DNA of 34,077 bases from PVC group bacterium (GTDB taxonomy: Bacteria > Auribacterota > Erginobacteria > Erginobacterales > Erginobacteraceae), in contig JAZDIV010000018.1 in the NCBI GenBank assembly GCA_043804695.1, forward strand, positions 1 through 34,077, written 5' to 3'. Of this stretch, positions 8,886 to 18,202 are shown one piece after another (within the stretch, counting starts at the first letter, position 1; every line of letters begins with the position of its first letter). A program made the translations under genes and the position numbers. Under the pieces are notes generated by a model. The model had not been told where the DNA came from and did not search any database. It saw only the letters and a list, made by a program, of their open reading frames with translations.

Positions 8886-9338
8886 TCAAGGTATCCGCCG
8901 GTTGATCGCCTTGCTCCAGTCATCCACCGCTTCCTGCAGGGTCTCCGCCCCCTGGCGGTAGCGGAATGTCCCGTCCAGCATCGAGAGAAACCACTCGCCC
9001 TTCCCGGTTCCCCGTTTCCAGGCGCCTTCTTCCTCTTCGACTCCTTCCAGCTTGAGCCACGAAGAGCCCTCCTCCAGGATCGCCTTGACCCGATAGGGGG
9101 GAATCTGGCCCTCGATGATGCCGGTGGTCCGGTCCGCCGCGGTGACCACCCCCAGTTCATCCAGCGCCGCTTCGGCGGCATCAAAGATCTGATCGTAGCT
9201 GTAACCAGAATGGCTGATCGATTTCACGGCGCTCCCGACTTTCGTCCCGTACCCGACCGAGCAGCCGCCCGCGACCATCACCAATGCGGCCAGCACCGCA
9301 ATGATCATCCCATTAGTTCTCATGCTCCTGTGCCTCAC
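8886..9338 (-). CDS. Hypothetical lipoprotein
   Basis: AGGAGG 6 nt before GTG at 9338 (alternative ATG 9323); hydrophobic stretch ending in AGGC lipobox. Confidence 0.65.
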   Translation of the reverse strand: MRHRSMRTNGMIIAVLAALVMVAGGCSVGYGTKVGSAVKSISHSGYSYDQIFDAAEAALDELGVVTAADRTTGIIEGQIPPYRVKAILEEGSSWLKLEGVEEEEGAWKRGTGKGEWFLSMLDGTFRYRQGAETLQEAVDDWSKAINRRIP

Positions 9339-9572
9339 GGTTATCCTCCTTTTGTTACCCATATCCTTTATTATATGTTTATACTGTTAATCGCTGTCCT
9401 CCTGATTGACCGGAAAAAAGTATAGCACCTGATTACTTTGACTACCTAAAATTTTTACGGGGTAAAAATTTTAATTCTGAACGGGGATTGTCCACGTCAA
9501 CAGGTCTTAAATCAGTCGCATGTAATCAATATTCCGGAATTTATAATTGGACTGATCTACATGTTCAAAACA

Positions 9573-9601
9573 TAAATTAGCGACCGAAGGGAGCTAATTT
9601 A
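9573..9601. repeat. 29-bp palindrome TAAATTAGC-N11-GCTAATTTA, copy 2
   Basis: TAAATTAGC-GACCGAAGGGA-GCTAATTTA; same arms and length as 6827-6855. Confidence 0.7.
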
Positions 9602-9648
9602 TTGACAGTCGAAGAGAGTTGAATTTTAATGCTGAAAGAGTGCAGCTT

Positions 9649-10713
9649 ATGAAGAAGGAAAACAAGCAGAAAATAAATCAGCCCATCATCGACCCGGAGA
9701 CCCTCCTGGTTCTGGTCGAGATCGGGAAGCTTTTGACTTCATCCCTGGACCTGGACGAGATCCTCCAGCTGATCATCTCCCGGGCCAGCCGGCTGATTCC
9801 GGCCGAGAACTGGTCGCTCCTTTTGAAAAACCAGGAGACGGGGGAGCTGACATTCGCGGTGGTGGAAGGGAGCAAGAAAGAGTCACTTCGGGGGTTCTGT
9901 CTGCCGCCCGGCCAGGGGATCGCCGGCTGCGTGGCCCAATCCGGTCACCCGGAGTTCGTGGCCGATGTCCAGAGTGACACTCGCTTTTATCGGGAGATGG
10001 ACGCCCGGTCGGGGTTTACTACCCGGTCGGTTGTTTGTCTTCCACTCAAGATTCACGGCAAGACCCTGGGTGTGATGGAGATCGTGAACGTGGAGGACAT
10101 CGAGGTCTTCAAGGAAAGGGACCTGCCGGTTCTCCAGGCGCTGGCCGACTATGCCGCTATCGCGATAGAAAACTCCCGGTATGTTTCCACCGTTCGCCGG
10201 CTGAGCATCATTGATGAATATACCGGCCTTTACAACGTGCGTCATCTCTACCGGGTGTTGGAGGACATCATCGGGTCGGCCCGGGAAAAGGGCTTTTCCG
10301 TCGCGGTTGTTTTTGCCGATATCGACAACTTCAAGGAACTGGTGGATGAGCACGGGCACCTGCTGGGGAGCCGTGCTTTGAAGGAGATCGGTTCGACCAT
10401 CCTGGGCTGCCTCGATCGGAGCGACATGGTCTTCAAGTACGGGGGGGATGAATACGTGCTCGTCCTCCCGGGGCGGAGCCGGACCGCTGCCCGGGAACTG
10501 GTTGAAACCGTCCGTTCGACGATCGCCTCCTCAACCTACCTTCAGACGGAGGGGAAGCCGGTCCGGGTGACGGCCAGCTTCGGGCTGGCCATGTTCCCGG
10601 AAGACGGAGAAACCGCCAAGGAACTGCTGTTGGCCGCCGATCACCTGATGTACCGGGTCAAGAACACGACCAAGAACGGCCTTGCCCTTTCGGACGGTAA
10701 AACCGGTGATTGA
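9649..10713 (+). CDS. GAF-sensor diguanylate cyclase
   Basis: GAF domain (GQGIAGCVA...TTRSVVCLPL) followed by DEYTGLYN, DIDNFK, HGHLLG, KYGGDEY, VTASFG. Start ATG 9649 or TTG 9619. Confidence 0.92.
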   Translation: MKKENKQKINQPIIDPETLLVLVEIGKLLTSSLDLDEILQLIISRASRLIPAENWSLLLKNQETGELTFAVVEGSKKESLRGFCLPPGQGIAGCVAQSGHPEFVADVQSDTRFYREMDARSGFTTRSVVCLPLKIHGKTLGVMEIVNVEDIEVFKERDLPVLQALADYAAIAIENSRYVSTVRRLSIIDEYTGLYNVRHLYRVLEDIIGSAREKGFSVAVVFADIDNFKELVDEHGHLLGSRALKEIGSTILGCLDRSDMVFKYGGDEYVLVLPGRSRTAARELVETVRSTIASSTYLQTEGKPVRVTASFGLAMFPEDGETAKELLLAADHLMYRVKNTTKNGLALSDGKTGD

Positions 10714-10746
10714 AATCGGCCGTCCGCGGCGGGAGGGTCTCCGGGG

Positions 10747-10822
10747 AATTCCGGGGACACAATACCAAATTCAATAATCGAAACTTTTTTACCTGATGAA
10801 TTACGTATTGTGTCCGCGGAAT
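10747..10822. repeat. GGGGACACAATAC inverted-repeat element, copy A
   Basis: AATTCCGGGGACACAATACCAAATT-27 bp-AATTACGTATTGTGTCCGCGGAAT. Confidence 0.88.
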
Positions 10823-10838
10823 GACGAGACGATCTGCC

Positions 10839-11786
10839 ATGAAGAGGATGCACCAGGTCAGCGGGAAAAGGCGTCTCGGGGCCGGCCTCGCCGTTACCAC
10901 CGCCGTTTTCTGGGGTATTCTCCCTGTCGTTCTCAAGGTTCTTCTCGAGCGGATAGACGCCTTCACCATCGTCTGGTTTCGCTTCCTCGGGGCGTCGCTC
11001 CTCCTTTCTCTCTTCATTATCCGCCGCTACGGCATTGCCCCCATTTTTAAAGCCCGGGGGGTCGTCATCCTCCTTACCCTGATCACCATCATCGGGCTCG
11101 GGGGGAACTACGTCACCTACGCCCTCGGAGTGCAGCACATGTCGCCGGGAATGGCGGTGGTCATGATCCAGGTCGCTCCGATGATGCTCCTCCTCGGCGG
11201 GCTCTTTATCTTCCGGGAAAAGTTCAGCCCCCTGCAGTGGGGCGGCCTGGTCCTCCTCCTCGGGGGCCTTGGCCTCTTCTTCAACCGTCGCCTCGGTGAG
11301 ATGCTTTCAGGGATCAACGACCTTTCGATCGGTGCGGCCGTCATCATCATCTCCGCCCTGGTCTGGACCGCCTACGCCCTCGCCCAGAAGCAGCTCCTCC
11401 GGTACTTCCCTTCCGAGATCGTGATGGTCCGGATCTACCTCGGCGGGACGCTCCTCTTTCTTCCCCTGGCCCACCCCGGTCGGATCCTGTCCCTCGACCC
11501 GGTCCGTCTCGGACTCCTCGTCTTCTGCGCCGTCAATACGATCATCGCCTACGGCTGCTTCTCCGAAGCGCTCGATCACCTCGAGGCCTCCCGGGTCAGC
11601 CTGGTCGTCGCCGTCACCCCCCTGGTCACCCTGGCCGCCGCCGCCGCCGGTGCCGCCCTCTTCCCCCACTACCTCGCCCCCGAGAAGCTCGACGCACTCA
11701 GCATGACGGGGGCCTGTCTGGTGGTAGCGGGTTCGATGCTCGGTTCCTTCGCCCGCGCTCCCGCCCTTCGCGCGGGGGAAGGGTAA
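10839..11786 (+). CDS. DMT/EamA family transporter
   Basis: About 10 hydrophobic segments, FWGILPVVLK, IVWFRF, LIFREKFS-like motif, two EamA halves; start uncertain (10821/10839/10848). Confidence 0.9.
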   Translation: MKRMHQVSGKRRLGAGLAVTTAVFWGILPVVLKVLLERIDAFTIVWFRFLGASLLLSLFIIRRYGIAPIFKARGVVILLTLITIIGLGGNYVTYALGVQHMSPGMAVVMIQVAPMMLLLGGLFIFREKFSPLQWGGLVLLLGGLGLFFNRRLGEMLSGINDLSIGAAVIIISALVWTAYALAQKQLLRYFPSEIVMVRIYLGGTLLFLPLAHPGRILSLDPVRLGLLVFCAVNTIIAYGCFSEALDHLEASRVSLVVAVTPLVTLAAAAAGAALFPHYLAPEKLDALSMTGACLVVAGSMLGSFARAPALRAGEG

Positions 11787-11892
11787 CTTCGGGAAAGCTG
11801 GGGCAAGTAATAGAGATAAGAAAATCCGGAGTTATTTTACTACTTAAACCGGATTAGCCATGACAATAAGATATTATTTTAAAATTATTTAT

Positions 11893-11922
11893 TGGACATG
11901 TGAAACATTATTCTGCTATAAT
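11893..11922 (+). promoter_or_regulatory. Putative sigma70 promoter of the sulfatase module
   Basis: TGGACA-18 bp-TATAAT with extended TGn, in an AT-rich spacer. Confidence 0.6.
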
Positions 11923-12027
11923 ATATCGATCCTTCGTTAGTCCTTTGTAATTTCAAAAATAGTGTTCCCACCTGTCAGGGTACGGGTTGGGGCGGCTACG
12001 GATTAAAGTTAAGGAGTAAACATCGCG

Positions 12028-13005
12028 ATGAATATTAAAAAAAATCTCGGCCAGAGATTTATCATCGCCACTGTCGTTTTTCTGTCCACCGTCGGAAGTT
12101 TGCCGGCGGGCGAGCTGGGCCACTTCAACCCGGGGGTGCCCAATATCCGGGACTTCTTTGTCCCCACTCCGGGCTTTTACTATATCCAGTATAACTTCTA
12201 CTACACGTCAGATATCTACAAGAACCGGCATGGCCGCTCCGTGAAATCAGTCGGTTCGGGCCTGGCGGCGATCGACATCGACGTGGACCTGGACCTCTTC
12301 GTCATTGTCCCGATGCTCACGTGGGTTTCGCCCTGGGAGGTCCTGGGGGCGCGCTGGGGCGCTTATGTCGCGCCCGTTTTCGGCAACACCAGCTTCGGCG
12401 CCGCCCTGGATACTGAAATCGGACGGGGAAGACACATCAAAGAAAGTCAGTTCGCTCCCGGCGATCTCTATCTCCAGCCGATCTGGCTGGGGTGGCCGCT
12501 CAGGCACTGGGACTTTGTTCTCGGCTACGGGCTGTACGCCCCCGTCGGCAGGTATGAAAATGGTGCCGTCGATAACGTCGGACTCGGTTTCTGGACCAAC
12601 CAGTTCCAGGGGGCCGTCGCATGGTATCCCTGGGAAAACCGGGGGACTGCCGTCACCGCCGCGGTGACCTATGAGATCAACTCCAAAAAAGAGAAGACGG
12701 ACATCACTCCCGGCTCGCATCTTACTCTGAACTGGGGCGTGAGCCAGTACCTGCCGCTTTCCGGCGAGGATCTGCTGCTGGAAGCCGGTCTCCTCGGTTA
12801 CGACCAGTGGAAGGTGACCGACGATACCGGTGACGATCTCCTGCTCGAGAGCGCCCGCGACCAGATTCACGCGGCCGGCGTCCAGATTGGTCTCACCTAC
12901 GCACCGTGGCCGGCGTATCTCACTTTCAAATATCTCGCCGAGTACAGCGCCCGGGCCCGTTTCGAAGGAAACGTCTTCAATCTCTCATTCCTGATCAAGT
13001 TTTAA
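12028..13005 (+). CDS. SphA / phenol-MetA-degradation family outer-membrane beta-barrel (putative channel)
   Basis: Signal peptide, GDLYLQPIWLGW, YAPVGRY, NVGLGFWT, alternating beta-strand pattern, terminal Phe; RBS AAGGAG. Confidence 0.8.
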   Translation: MNIKKNLGQRFIIATVVFLSTVGSLPAGELGHFNPGVPNIRDFFVPTPGFYYIQYNFYYTSDIYKNRHGRSVKSVGSGLAAIDIDVDLDLFVIVPMLTWVSPWEVLGARWGAYVAPVFGNTSFGAALDTEIGRGRHIKESQFAPGDLYLQPIWLGWPLRHWDFVLGYGLYAPVGRYENGAVDNVGLGFWTNQFQGAVAWYPWENRGTAVTAAVTYEINSKKEKTDITPGSHLTLNWGVSQYLPLSGEDLLLEAGLLGYDQWKVTDDTGDDLLLESARDQIHAAGVQIGLTYAPWPAYLTFKYLAEYSARARFEGNVFNLSFLIKF

Positions 13006-13043
13006 CCTGGATTATTCATGAAAATTAAAAAAGGAGGTAAAAT

Positions 13044-14762
13044 GTGAAAAAAGAAGCAAAGCAGAGGGCGTCCTCCGGTCTTCAGAAAGCCGGGACCTGG
13101 ACGGCCATGGGATCGCTCCTCGCCGCCGCTGGCGCTCTGACATCTTTCAGCGCGGCGGGGGCGGAAGATATCACCCGCGGTGCCATCACCGGCCAGACCG
13201 GCGCCAAAGGATACGACCATCCCAACCAGTACATGCATATGCTGCCGGTCAATATCGCCGACAACATGGAGCCGGTCATGCCGCACCCCGACCAGGAGAA
13301 GGAGGCCCGGGGGAAGCTGATCGAGCTGGAGAAGCGGTTCGGGAAGAAGCCCAACATCCTGATCTACATCCTGGACGACGTAGGCTGGATGGACCCCGGC
13401 TTCAACGGCGGCGGAGAATCCGTCGGCAACCCGACACCGAACATGGACCGCCTGGCCAGCCAGGGGGTCATCCTGACCTCGGCCTACTCGACGCCGAGCT
13501 GCACACCCACCCGCGCGACGATCCACACCGGCCAGAACCCGCTCCATCATGGTCTTCTCCGTCCGCCGATGTATGGTGAGCCGGGAGGGCTGGACGGAGC
13601 CATTACCGCGCCTTCCATTCTCCAGAAGCTGGGCTACGTGACTCAGGGCGTCGGCAAATGGCACATGGGCGAGAACGATGGCTCCCTCCCCCAGAACGTC
13701 GGCTACGACGACTACTACGGCTTCCTCGGCGTCTCCGACATGTACACCGAGTGGCGGGACATCTACTTCAACCCCGAGATCGCTCTCAGCCCGGCCCGCT
13801 TTGAGATGATGAAGAAGCTCGGTTTTAACCATAACAACGTCCACTGCGTCAAGGGCAAGAAGGAGGCCGAGAACGTCTACGAGATCAACCTCTCCACGAT
13901 CGCGAACCTGGACCAAGATTGGGGAGACTACAGCGAGAAGTTCATACGGAAAATGGCCGGGAGCGACAAGCCCTGGTTTCTCTACCACGGTACCCGGGCC
14001 TGCCACTTCGACAACTACCCTGACAACAAGCACGCGGGCATCTCACCGGCCCGCACGGTTTACAGCGACGCCCTCGTCGAAGCGGACATTATCCTGGGCC
14101 GACTGGTGAAGGCCCTGGAGGAGACCGGTCAGCTCGAGAACACGATCATCTTCTTCACCTCCGACAACGGCCCCGAAGGAGAGATCCCTCCCCACGGCCG
14201 TTCCCCGTTCCGCGGCCACAAGGGTTCTGCTTGGGAAGGCGGCGTGCGGGTGCCGACGTTCGTTTACTGGAAAGGGATGATCGCGCCTCGGCGGTCCGAC
14301 GGTCTCTTTGACCTCGCAGACCTCTTCAACACCTGCGTCTCGCTGGCCGGCGCCCCCGGTGCCGAGGTGACGAAGTTTATGCCCAAGGACCGTTACGTCG
14401 ACGGGATCGATCAGACGTCGTTCCTCCTTGCCGACAGCGGCGAATCATGCCGCCGGAGCCGGATTTACACCCTCAATCAGTACTTCTCCGGCGTCCGCAT
14501 CGACGAGTTCAAGAGCATCTTCACCTGTGAGCTGGAAAAGGCGATCTTTCCGCGCGGCTACACGGCCGGCTTCAGCGGCGCCATTGTCACCGAGACCGGC
14601 GGCGCGACCATGGTCAACCTGTACACAGATCCGCAGGAAGATGTCAACGTTGGCGTCCGGCATATCCCGATGGGGATGCCTCTTCTCTTCGAGCAGGAGC
14701 GCTATAACGAGGTGCTGAAAAAGTACCCGATGCAAATCAAGGTCAGCTTCGCCGGGAACTGA
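13044..14762 (+). CDS. aslA: Arylsulfatase, AslA-like, Cys-type (CTPTR)
   Basis: GYDHPNQY, KKPNILIYILDDVGWMD, GNPTP, SCTPTRAT, GKWHMGE, SDNGP, WEGGVRVP; closely resembles E. coli AslA as I recall it. RBS AGGAGG, GTG start. Confidence 0.92.
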   Translation: MKKEAKQRASSGLQKAGTWTAMGSLLAAAGALTSFSAAGAEDITRGAITGQTGAKGYDHPNQYMHMLPVNIADNMEPVMPHPDQEKEARGKLIELEKRFGKKPNILIYILDDVGWMDPGFNGGGESVGNPTPNMDRLASQGVILTSAYSTPSCTPTRATIHTGQNPLHHGLLRPPMYGEPGGLDGAITAPSILQKLGYVTQGVGKWHMGENDGSLPQNVGYDDYYGFLGVSDMYTEWRDIYFNPEIALSPARFEMMKKLGFNHNNVHCVKGKKEAENVYEINLSTIANLDQDWGDYSEKFIRKMAGSDKPWFLYHGTRACHFDNYPDNKHAGISPARTVYSDALVEADIILGRLVKALEETGQLENTIIFFTSDNGPEGEIPPHGRSPFRGHKGSAWEGGVRVPTFVYWKGMIAPRRSDGLFDLADLFNTCVSLAGAPGAEVTKFMPKDRYVDGIDQTSFLLADSGESCRRSRIYTLNQYFSGVRIDEFKSIFTCELEKAIFPRGYTAGFSGAIVTETGGATMVNLYTDPQEDVNVGVRHIPMGMPLLFEQERYNEVLKKYPMQIKVSFAGN

Positions 14763-14771
14763 CCTTCGCGC

Positions 14772-14848
14772 AATTCCGGGGACACAATACGAAATTTGGG
14801 GATCAAAAGGCCGCCCGGGTGCTGAATTGTGTATTGTGTCCCCGGAAT
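14772..14848. repeat. GGGGACACAATAC inverted-repeat element, copy B
   Basis: AATTCCGGGGACACAATACGAAATT-28 bp-AATTGTGTATTGTGTCCCCGGAAT, 10 bp after the sulfatase stop. Confidence 0.9.
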
Positions 14849-14973
14849 CTGTCGGGACTTATCAAAATGCCCCCGGGAAGGGCAATCACGGCCCGCCGGC
14901 GGCGACCAAGCCGGATGCCTACCCGGAATACTTTCGCGGCCGTGGAGCCGCGTTCCGGAGTGAGGAGATGGCA

Positions 14974-16422
14974 ATGAACAATTATCTAAACGTCTGGATT
15001 ATTCCCGCCCTCTGCCTGTTTTGCTCATCGGCGTCGGACGTAAAGGCCGCCCCGGCCGATGGGAAGGAGAAGCTCATGACGGAGGAAGCCGCCCGGGAGG
15101 AATACGCCTACACGATCGGCAAACTAGCCTACATCTGGGGCTGGCCGGTGGTGAACGTTCACAACCGCCGCGCATCACTTAAGATGGTTCTCGAGCCCGG
15201 TCTGAACGGCGGTGTGATCCCGGTCGCCCCGGTCAATTATTTCTGCATGTTGACCGACTATCTGAAGCCACTGCAGCGCAGCATCGTCACTCCGAACCAG
15301 GATACCGTTTACGGGGTATGTTTCACCGATCTAAGTATAGAACCAGTGCTCATCCAGGTTCCCGACTTCGGCAACCGTTACTGGGTTCTGCAATGCATGG
15401 ACGCCTACACCGACGTTTTCTCCTCGCCCGGAACGGTTCATAAATCCGGAAGCGGCATATACATGCTGGTCGGACCGAACTGGGAAGATACAACTCCGGA
15501 GGGTGTGATCGAAGTCATTCGTGCCCCGACCGATCTGGTCTGGTGCCTGCTTCGTGTGTTCATGAACGACACGGACGAAGACCGGGCCGCGCTCCAGCCC
15601 CTGATCAATCAGGTTGAGGGCTATCCCTTAAGTCAATATGACGGCACACTGAAAACCAAAGACTGGTCAAAGATTCCCAGCTTTCCCGTTGAGGGAGCCG
15701 CCGCGGGAGAAATCCACTGGGTGAGAGACGAGTTTTTCTGGGATGACCTGGCAAAGGTGCTGGCGGAGAATGCACCTCGACCGGGTGAGGAGGCTATGGT
15801 CGAGAACTTCCGGCGTCTGATCGAAAAGCGTGACCGCGACCCGGCGGTAAAAGCCGGCCTGGAAAGGGCGGTGCACGCCGGCTCCCGTCTTGTCTCGGCC
15901 GGATTCCCTTACAGCAACCAGGAGGATAAATTCGGCTCCGGATGGGCGGGTAATCTGACCGGCGGCGCCTTCGGCAGTCACTATCTCAACCGCGCCTGGA
16001 TAGCCAAGGCCTACATCGCCGTCAATAAAGTTGAAGACGCCTTCTACCTGGGGACGAATGTAGACGGCGCCGGCCAACTCCTGAACGGCGGGAAGGACCG
16101 CTACACGATAACCTTCCCCAAAGACGGGCTGCCGCCCTGCAGGGCGTTCTGGTCTTTGACCCTTTACGATCAGGAGCATTTCTTCGCCGACAATCTCCTC
16201 CAGCGCTATTCGCTCGGCACCAAGAACCTTCAGCAGATGAAATTCAGCCCCGACGGCTCACTGACCATCCATATCCAGAACTCATCTCCGGGTAAAGACA
16301 AAGAGAGCAATTGGCTCCCCGCGCCAAAGGCGCCGTTCAGCCTGTTGATCCGGTTTTACGTCCCCGAGAAGTCGGTCATTGATAAGCAATATGCCCCACC
16401 GCCAGTTGAGCGAGTGGAGTAA
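14974..16422 (+). CDS. DUF1254/DUF1214 domain exported protein
   Basis: AYIWGWPVV, VTPNQDTVYG, YMLVGPNW, AFWSLTLYD, NWLPAP, LLIRFYVP; RBS GAGGAG 6 nt before ATG 14974, followed by a signal peptide. Confidence 0.88.
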   Translation: MNNYLNVWIIPALCLFCSSASDVKAAPADGKEKLMTEEAAREEYAYTIGKLAYIWGWPVVNVHNRRASLKMVLEPGLNGGVIPVAPVNYFCMLTDYLKPLQRSIVTPNQDTVYGVCFTDLSIEPVLIQVPDFGNRYWVLQCMDAYTDVFSSPGTVHKSGSGIYMLVGPNWEDTTPEGVIEVIRAPTDLVWCLLRVFMNDTDEDRAALQPLINQVEGYPLSQYDGTLKTKDWSKIPSFPVEGAAAGEIHWVRDEFFWDDLAKVLAENAPRPGEEAMVENFRRLIEKRDRDPAVKAGLERAVHAGSRLVSAGFPYSNQEDKFGSGWAGNLTGGAFGSHYLNRAWIAKAYIAVNKVEDAFYLGTNVDGAGQLLNGGKDRYTITFPKDGLPPCRAFWSLTLYDQEHFFADNLLQRYSLGTKNLQQMKFSPDGSLTIHIQNSSPGKDKESNWLPAPKAPFSLLIRFYVPEKSVIDKQYAPPPVERVE

Positions 16423-16431
16423 ACAATTCCG

Positions 16432-16508
16432 AATTTCGGGGACACAATGCTTAATGGGATAGTTTAAGGGTGTATAATTGCCGAATTAAGTATCGTGTCC
16501 CTGGGATT
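16432..16508. repeat. GGGGACACAATAC inverted-repeat element, copy C
   Basis: AATTTCGGGGACACAATGCTTAATG-27 bp-AATTAAGTATCGTGTCCCTGGGATT, 10 bp after the upstream stop. Confidence 0.85.
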
Positions 16509-16583
16509 TGCAAGCTCAAAATTATTAACCACCTGCACCCCTAAAAAGATCGCACCCTATTTTTTCTATTTTTTGTAAAGCTA

Positions 16584-16618
16584 TTGCGTTAATTTAACAA
16601 AAGTGTTAAGTTAGTGCC
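16584..16618 (+). promoter_or_regulatory. Leaderless-type promoter of TA operon 1 with palindromic operator
   Basis: TTGCGT-17-TAAGTT-6 nt-ATG, no SD; TTAACA-AAAG-TGTTAA at 16594-16609. Confidence 0.7.
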
Positions 16619-17257
16619 ATGAAATGGGAAGAATTCATCCAGATTGCCGGAGTGCATCCGGTTATTGAGTCCAGGATTCTTTTGACCGGATTTACACATG
16701 CATCATCACTTCAGGTACATATCGGGCGATGGGAGAAGGCTGGGAAGTTAATAAAGGTAAAACGCGGTGTTTACCTGCTGGCCGGGCCCTATCGCAGGAC
16801 CGAGCTATGGGAGCCATATCTCGCCTCGTTACTTAAAAGGCCTTCCTATCTCAGTTTGGAAAAGGCGCTCGAATACCACAACTGCATCCCGGAGGCTGTG
16901 CCGGTCTACACGTCCGTCACGCCGAAGCGTCAGGCATCGTTTCGTTGTCCGGTGGGAACCTTCTCTTACCGGCATATCGATTCTTCCCTTTTCTGGGGAT
17001 ACGAAGGACATGCCGTGCGCGGTCAGACTGCACTGATCGCTTCCCCCGAGAAGGCGTTGCTCGATTTGGTCTATTTATACCGGAGAAAACTTCCCCCCGG
17101 CTATATCCGGGAACTGCGGCTTCAAAATGTCGAAAAGTTCGATCTCGCCCGCCTTCTCGAATATGCCCGGCGTTTTGAAAAGCCTAGGATCATCAAAGCT
17201 GCTGATTCCATCCGGGAACACCTGGAAGAAGTTAACTCCACGGAGAGAGAGCTATGA
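16619..17257 (+). CDS. Type IV TA antitoxin, AbiEi-like (copy 1)
   Basis: wHTH-like N-terminus with KRGVY, SYLSLEKALEYH, IPE, ASPEKALLDLVY; ATGA overlap with the toxin. Confidence 0.85.
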   Translation: MKWEEFIQIAGVHPVIESRILLTGFTHASSLQVHIGRWEKAGKLIKVKRGVYLLAGPYRRTELWEPYLASLLKRPSYLSLEKALEYHNCIPEAVPVYTSVTPKRQASFRCPVGTFSYRHIDSSLFWGYEGHAVRGQTALIASPEKALLDLVYLYRRKLPPGYIRELRLQNVEKFDLARLLEYARRFEKPRIIKAADSIREHLEEVNSTEREL

Positions 17258-18075
17258 AAGACTATGCGCTTCAAGTAGCCTCCTCCAGGACCGGATACAA
17301 TGAAAAATTAAACTGCCTGCGGGAATATCTTCAGGCTTACATCCTGAGAATTTTGTTTGATGACGGTTTTTTTGATCTTTCTGCATTCGTCGGAGGTAGC
17401 GCCCTGCGATTTCTCTACCGGATTTCCCGATTCTCGGAGGACCTGGATTTTTCAGCGACCGGAGGAGAGTTATATCCGTTCGAACCCGGGATGCTGAAGC
17501 TGAAGCGGGAACTGGAGATGTCAGGGTACGATGTCACCGTCAAATACAATGCCGGCAAGACGGTCCAATACGCGATGATCGGGTTCGTCGGTATTATGTT
17601 TGAGGCGGGGATTTCTCCTCATCGCAACCAGAAACTGTCAATCAAGATCGATATCGACACCCGACCTCCCGAAGGGGCAATTCTTGCCACCCATATCAGT
17701 GACATTTACTTTCCTCTGGCCTATATCACCTACGATCTGCCCTCCCTGTTTGCCGGGAAGCTTAACGCGCTTCTGTGCAGGAGCTATACGAAGGGTCGCG
17801 ATTTCTTCGATCTTGGTTGGTATCTCTCCCGTTGGCCCGGTCTCTCGCCAAATTTTAATCTTCTTCATAATGGCCTCCGGCAGACCGGGTGGGAAGGTCC
17901 CTTCCCTTCAGAAAATGATTGGAGATTGCGGCTCTCCCGGGTGGTGGATACGGCGGACTGGAAAATGGTCGAACAGGACGTGACACCTTTTCTGGAGCGG
18001 CCGGCCGATCTGAATATTATTACTCAAAAGAACGTGCTCCACCTTCTGGCCGTCGAGGGGAAAGGAACAGTATGA
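17254..18075 (+). CDS. AbiEii/AbiGii family nucleotidyltransferase toxin (copy 1)
   Basis: FVGGSALRFLY..RFSEDLDF, IKIDID, GKLNALL, KGRDFFDL. Confidence 0.92.
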   Translation: MKDYALQVASSRTGYNEKLNCLREYLQAYILRILFDDGFFDLSAFVGGSALRFLYRISRFSEDLDFSATGGELYPFEPGMLKLKRELEMSGYDVTVKYNAGKTVQYAMIGFVGIMFEAGISPHRNQKLSIKIDIDTRPPEGAILATHISDIYFPLAYITYDLPSLFAGKLNALLCRSYTKGRDFFDLGWYLSRWPGLSPNFNLLHNGLRQTGWEGPFPSENDWRLRLSRVVDTADWKMVEQDVTPFLERPADLNIITQKNVLHLLAVEGKGTV

Positions 18076-18098
18076 TGACTGGTTTGTTATCCGAGCAA

Positions 18099-18202
18099 TA
18101 CATGACCTGATTTACAAAAGCATTCAGATGGAAAACAAGGCGACAGAGAAACCGAAACACAAGCTGGCCGTTCACCTGATGGCCAAGCCGACGGGACCGG
18201 CC
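18099..18202 (+). repeat. 104-bp direct repeat, copy 1 (leader plus first 25 codons of the maturase)
   Basis: 101/104 identical to 21910-22013 by manual comparison. Confidence 0.95.

Noticed and set aside
14827..14973. N-terminal extension of the DUF1254 ORF in the ORF track
   Set aside because: It begins inside the inverted-repeat element; the RBS and signal peptide support ATG 14974.
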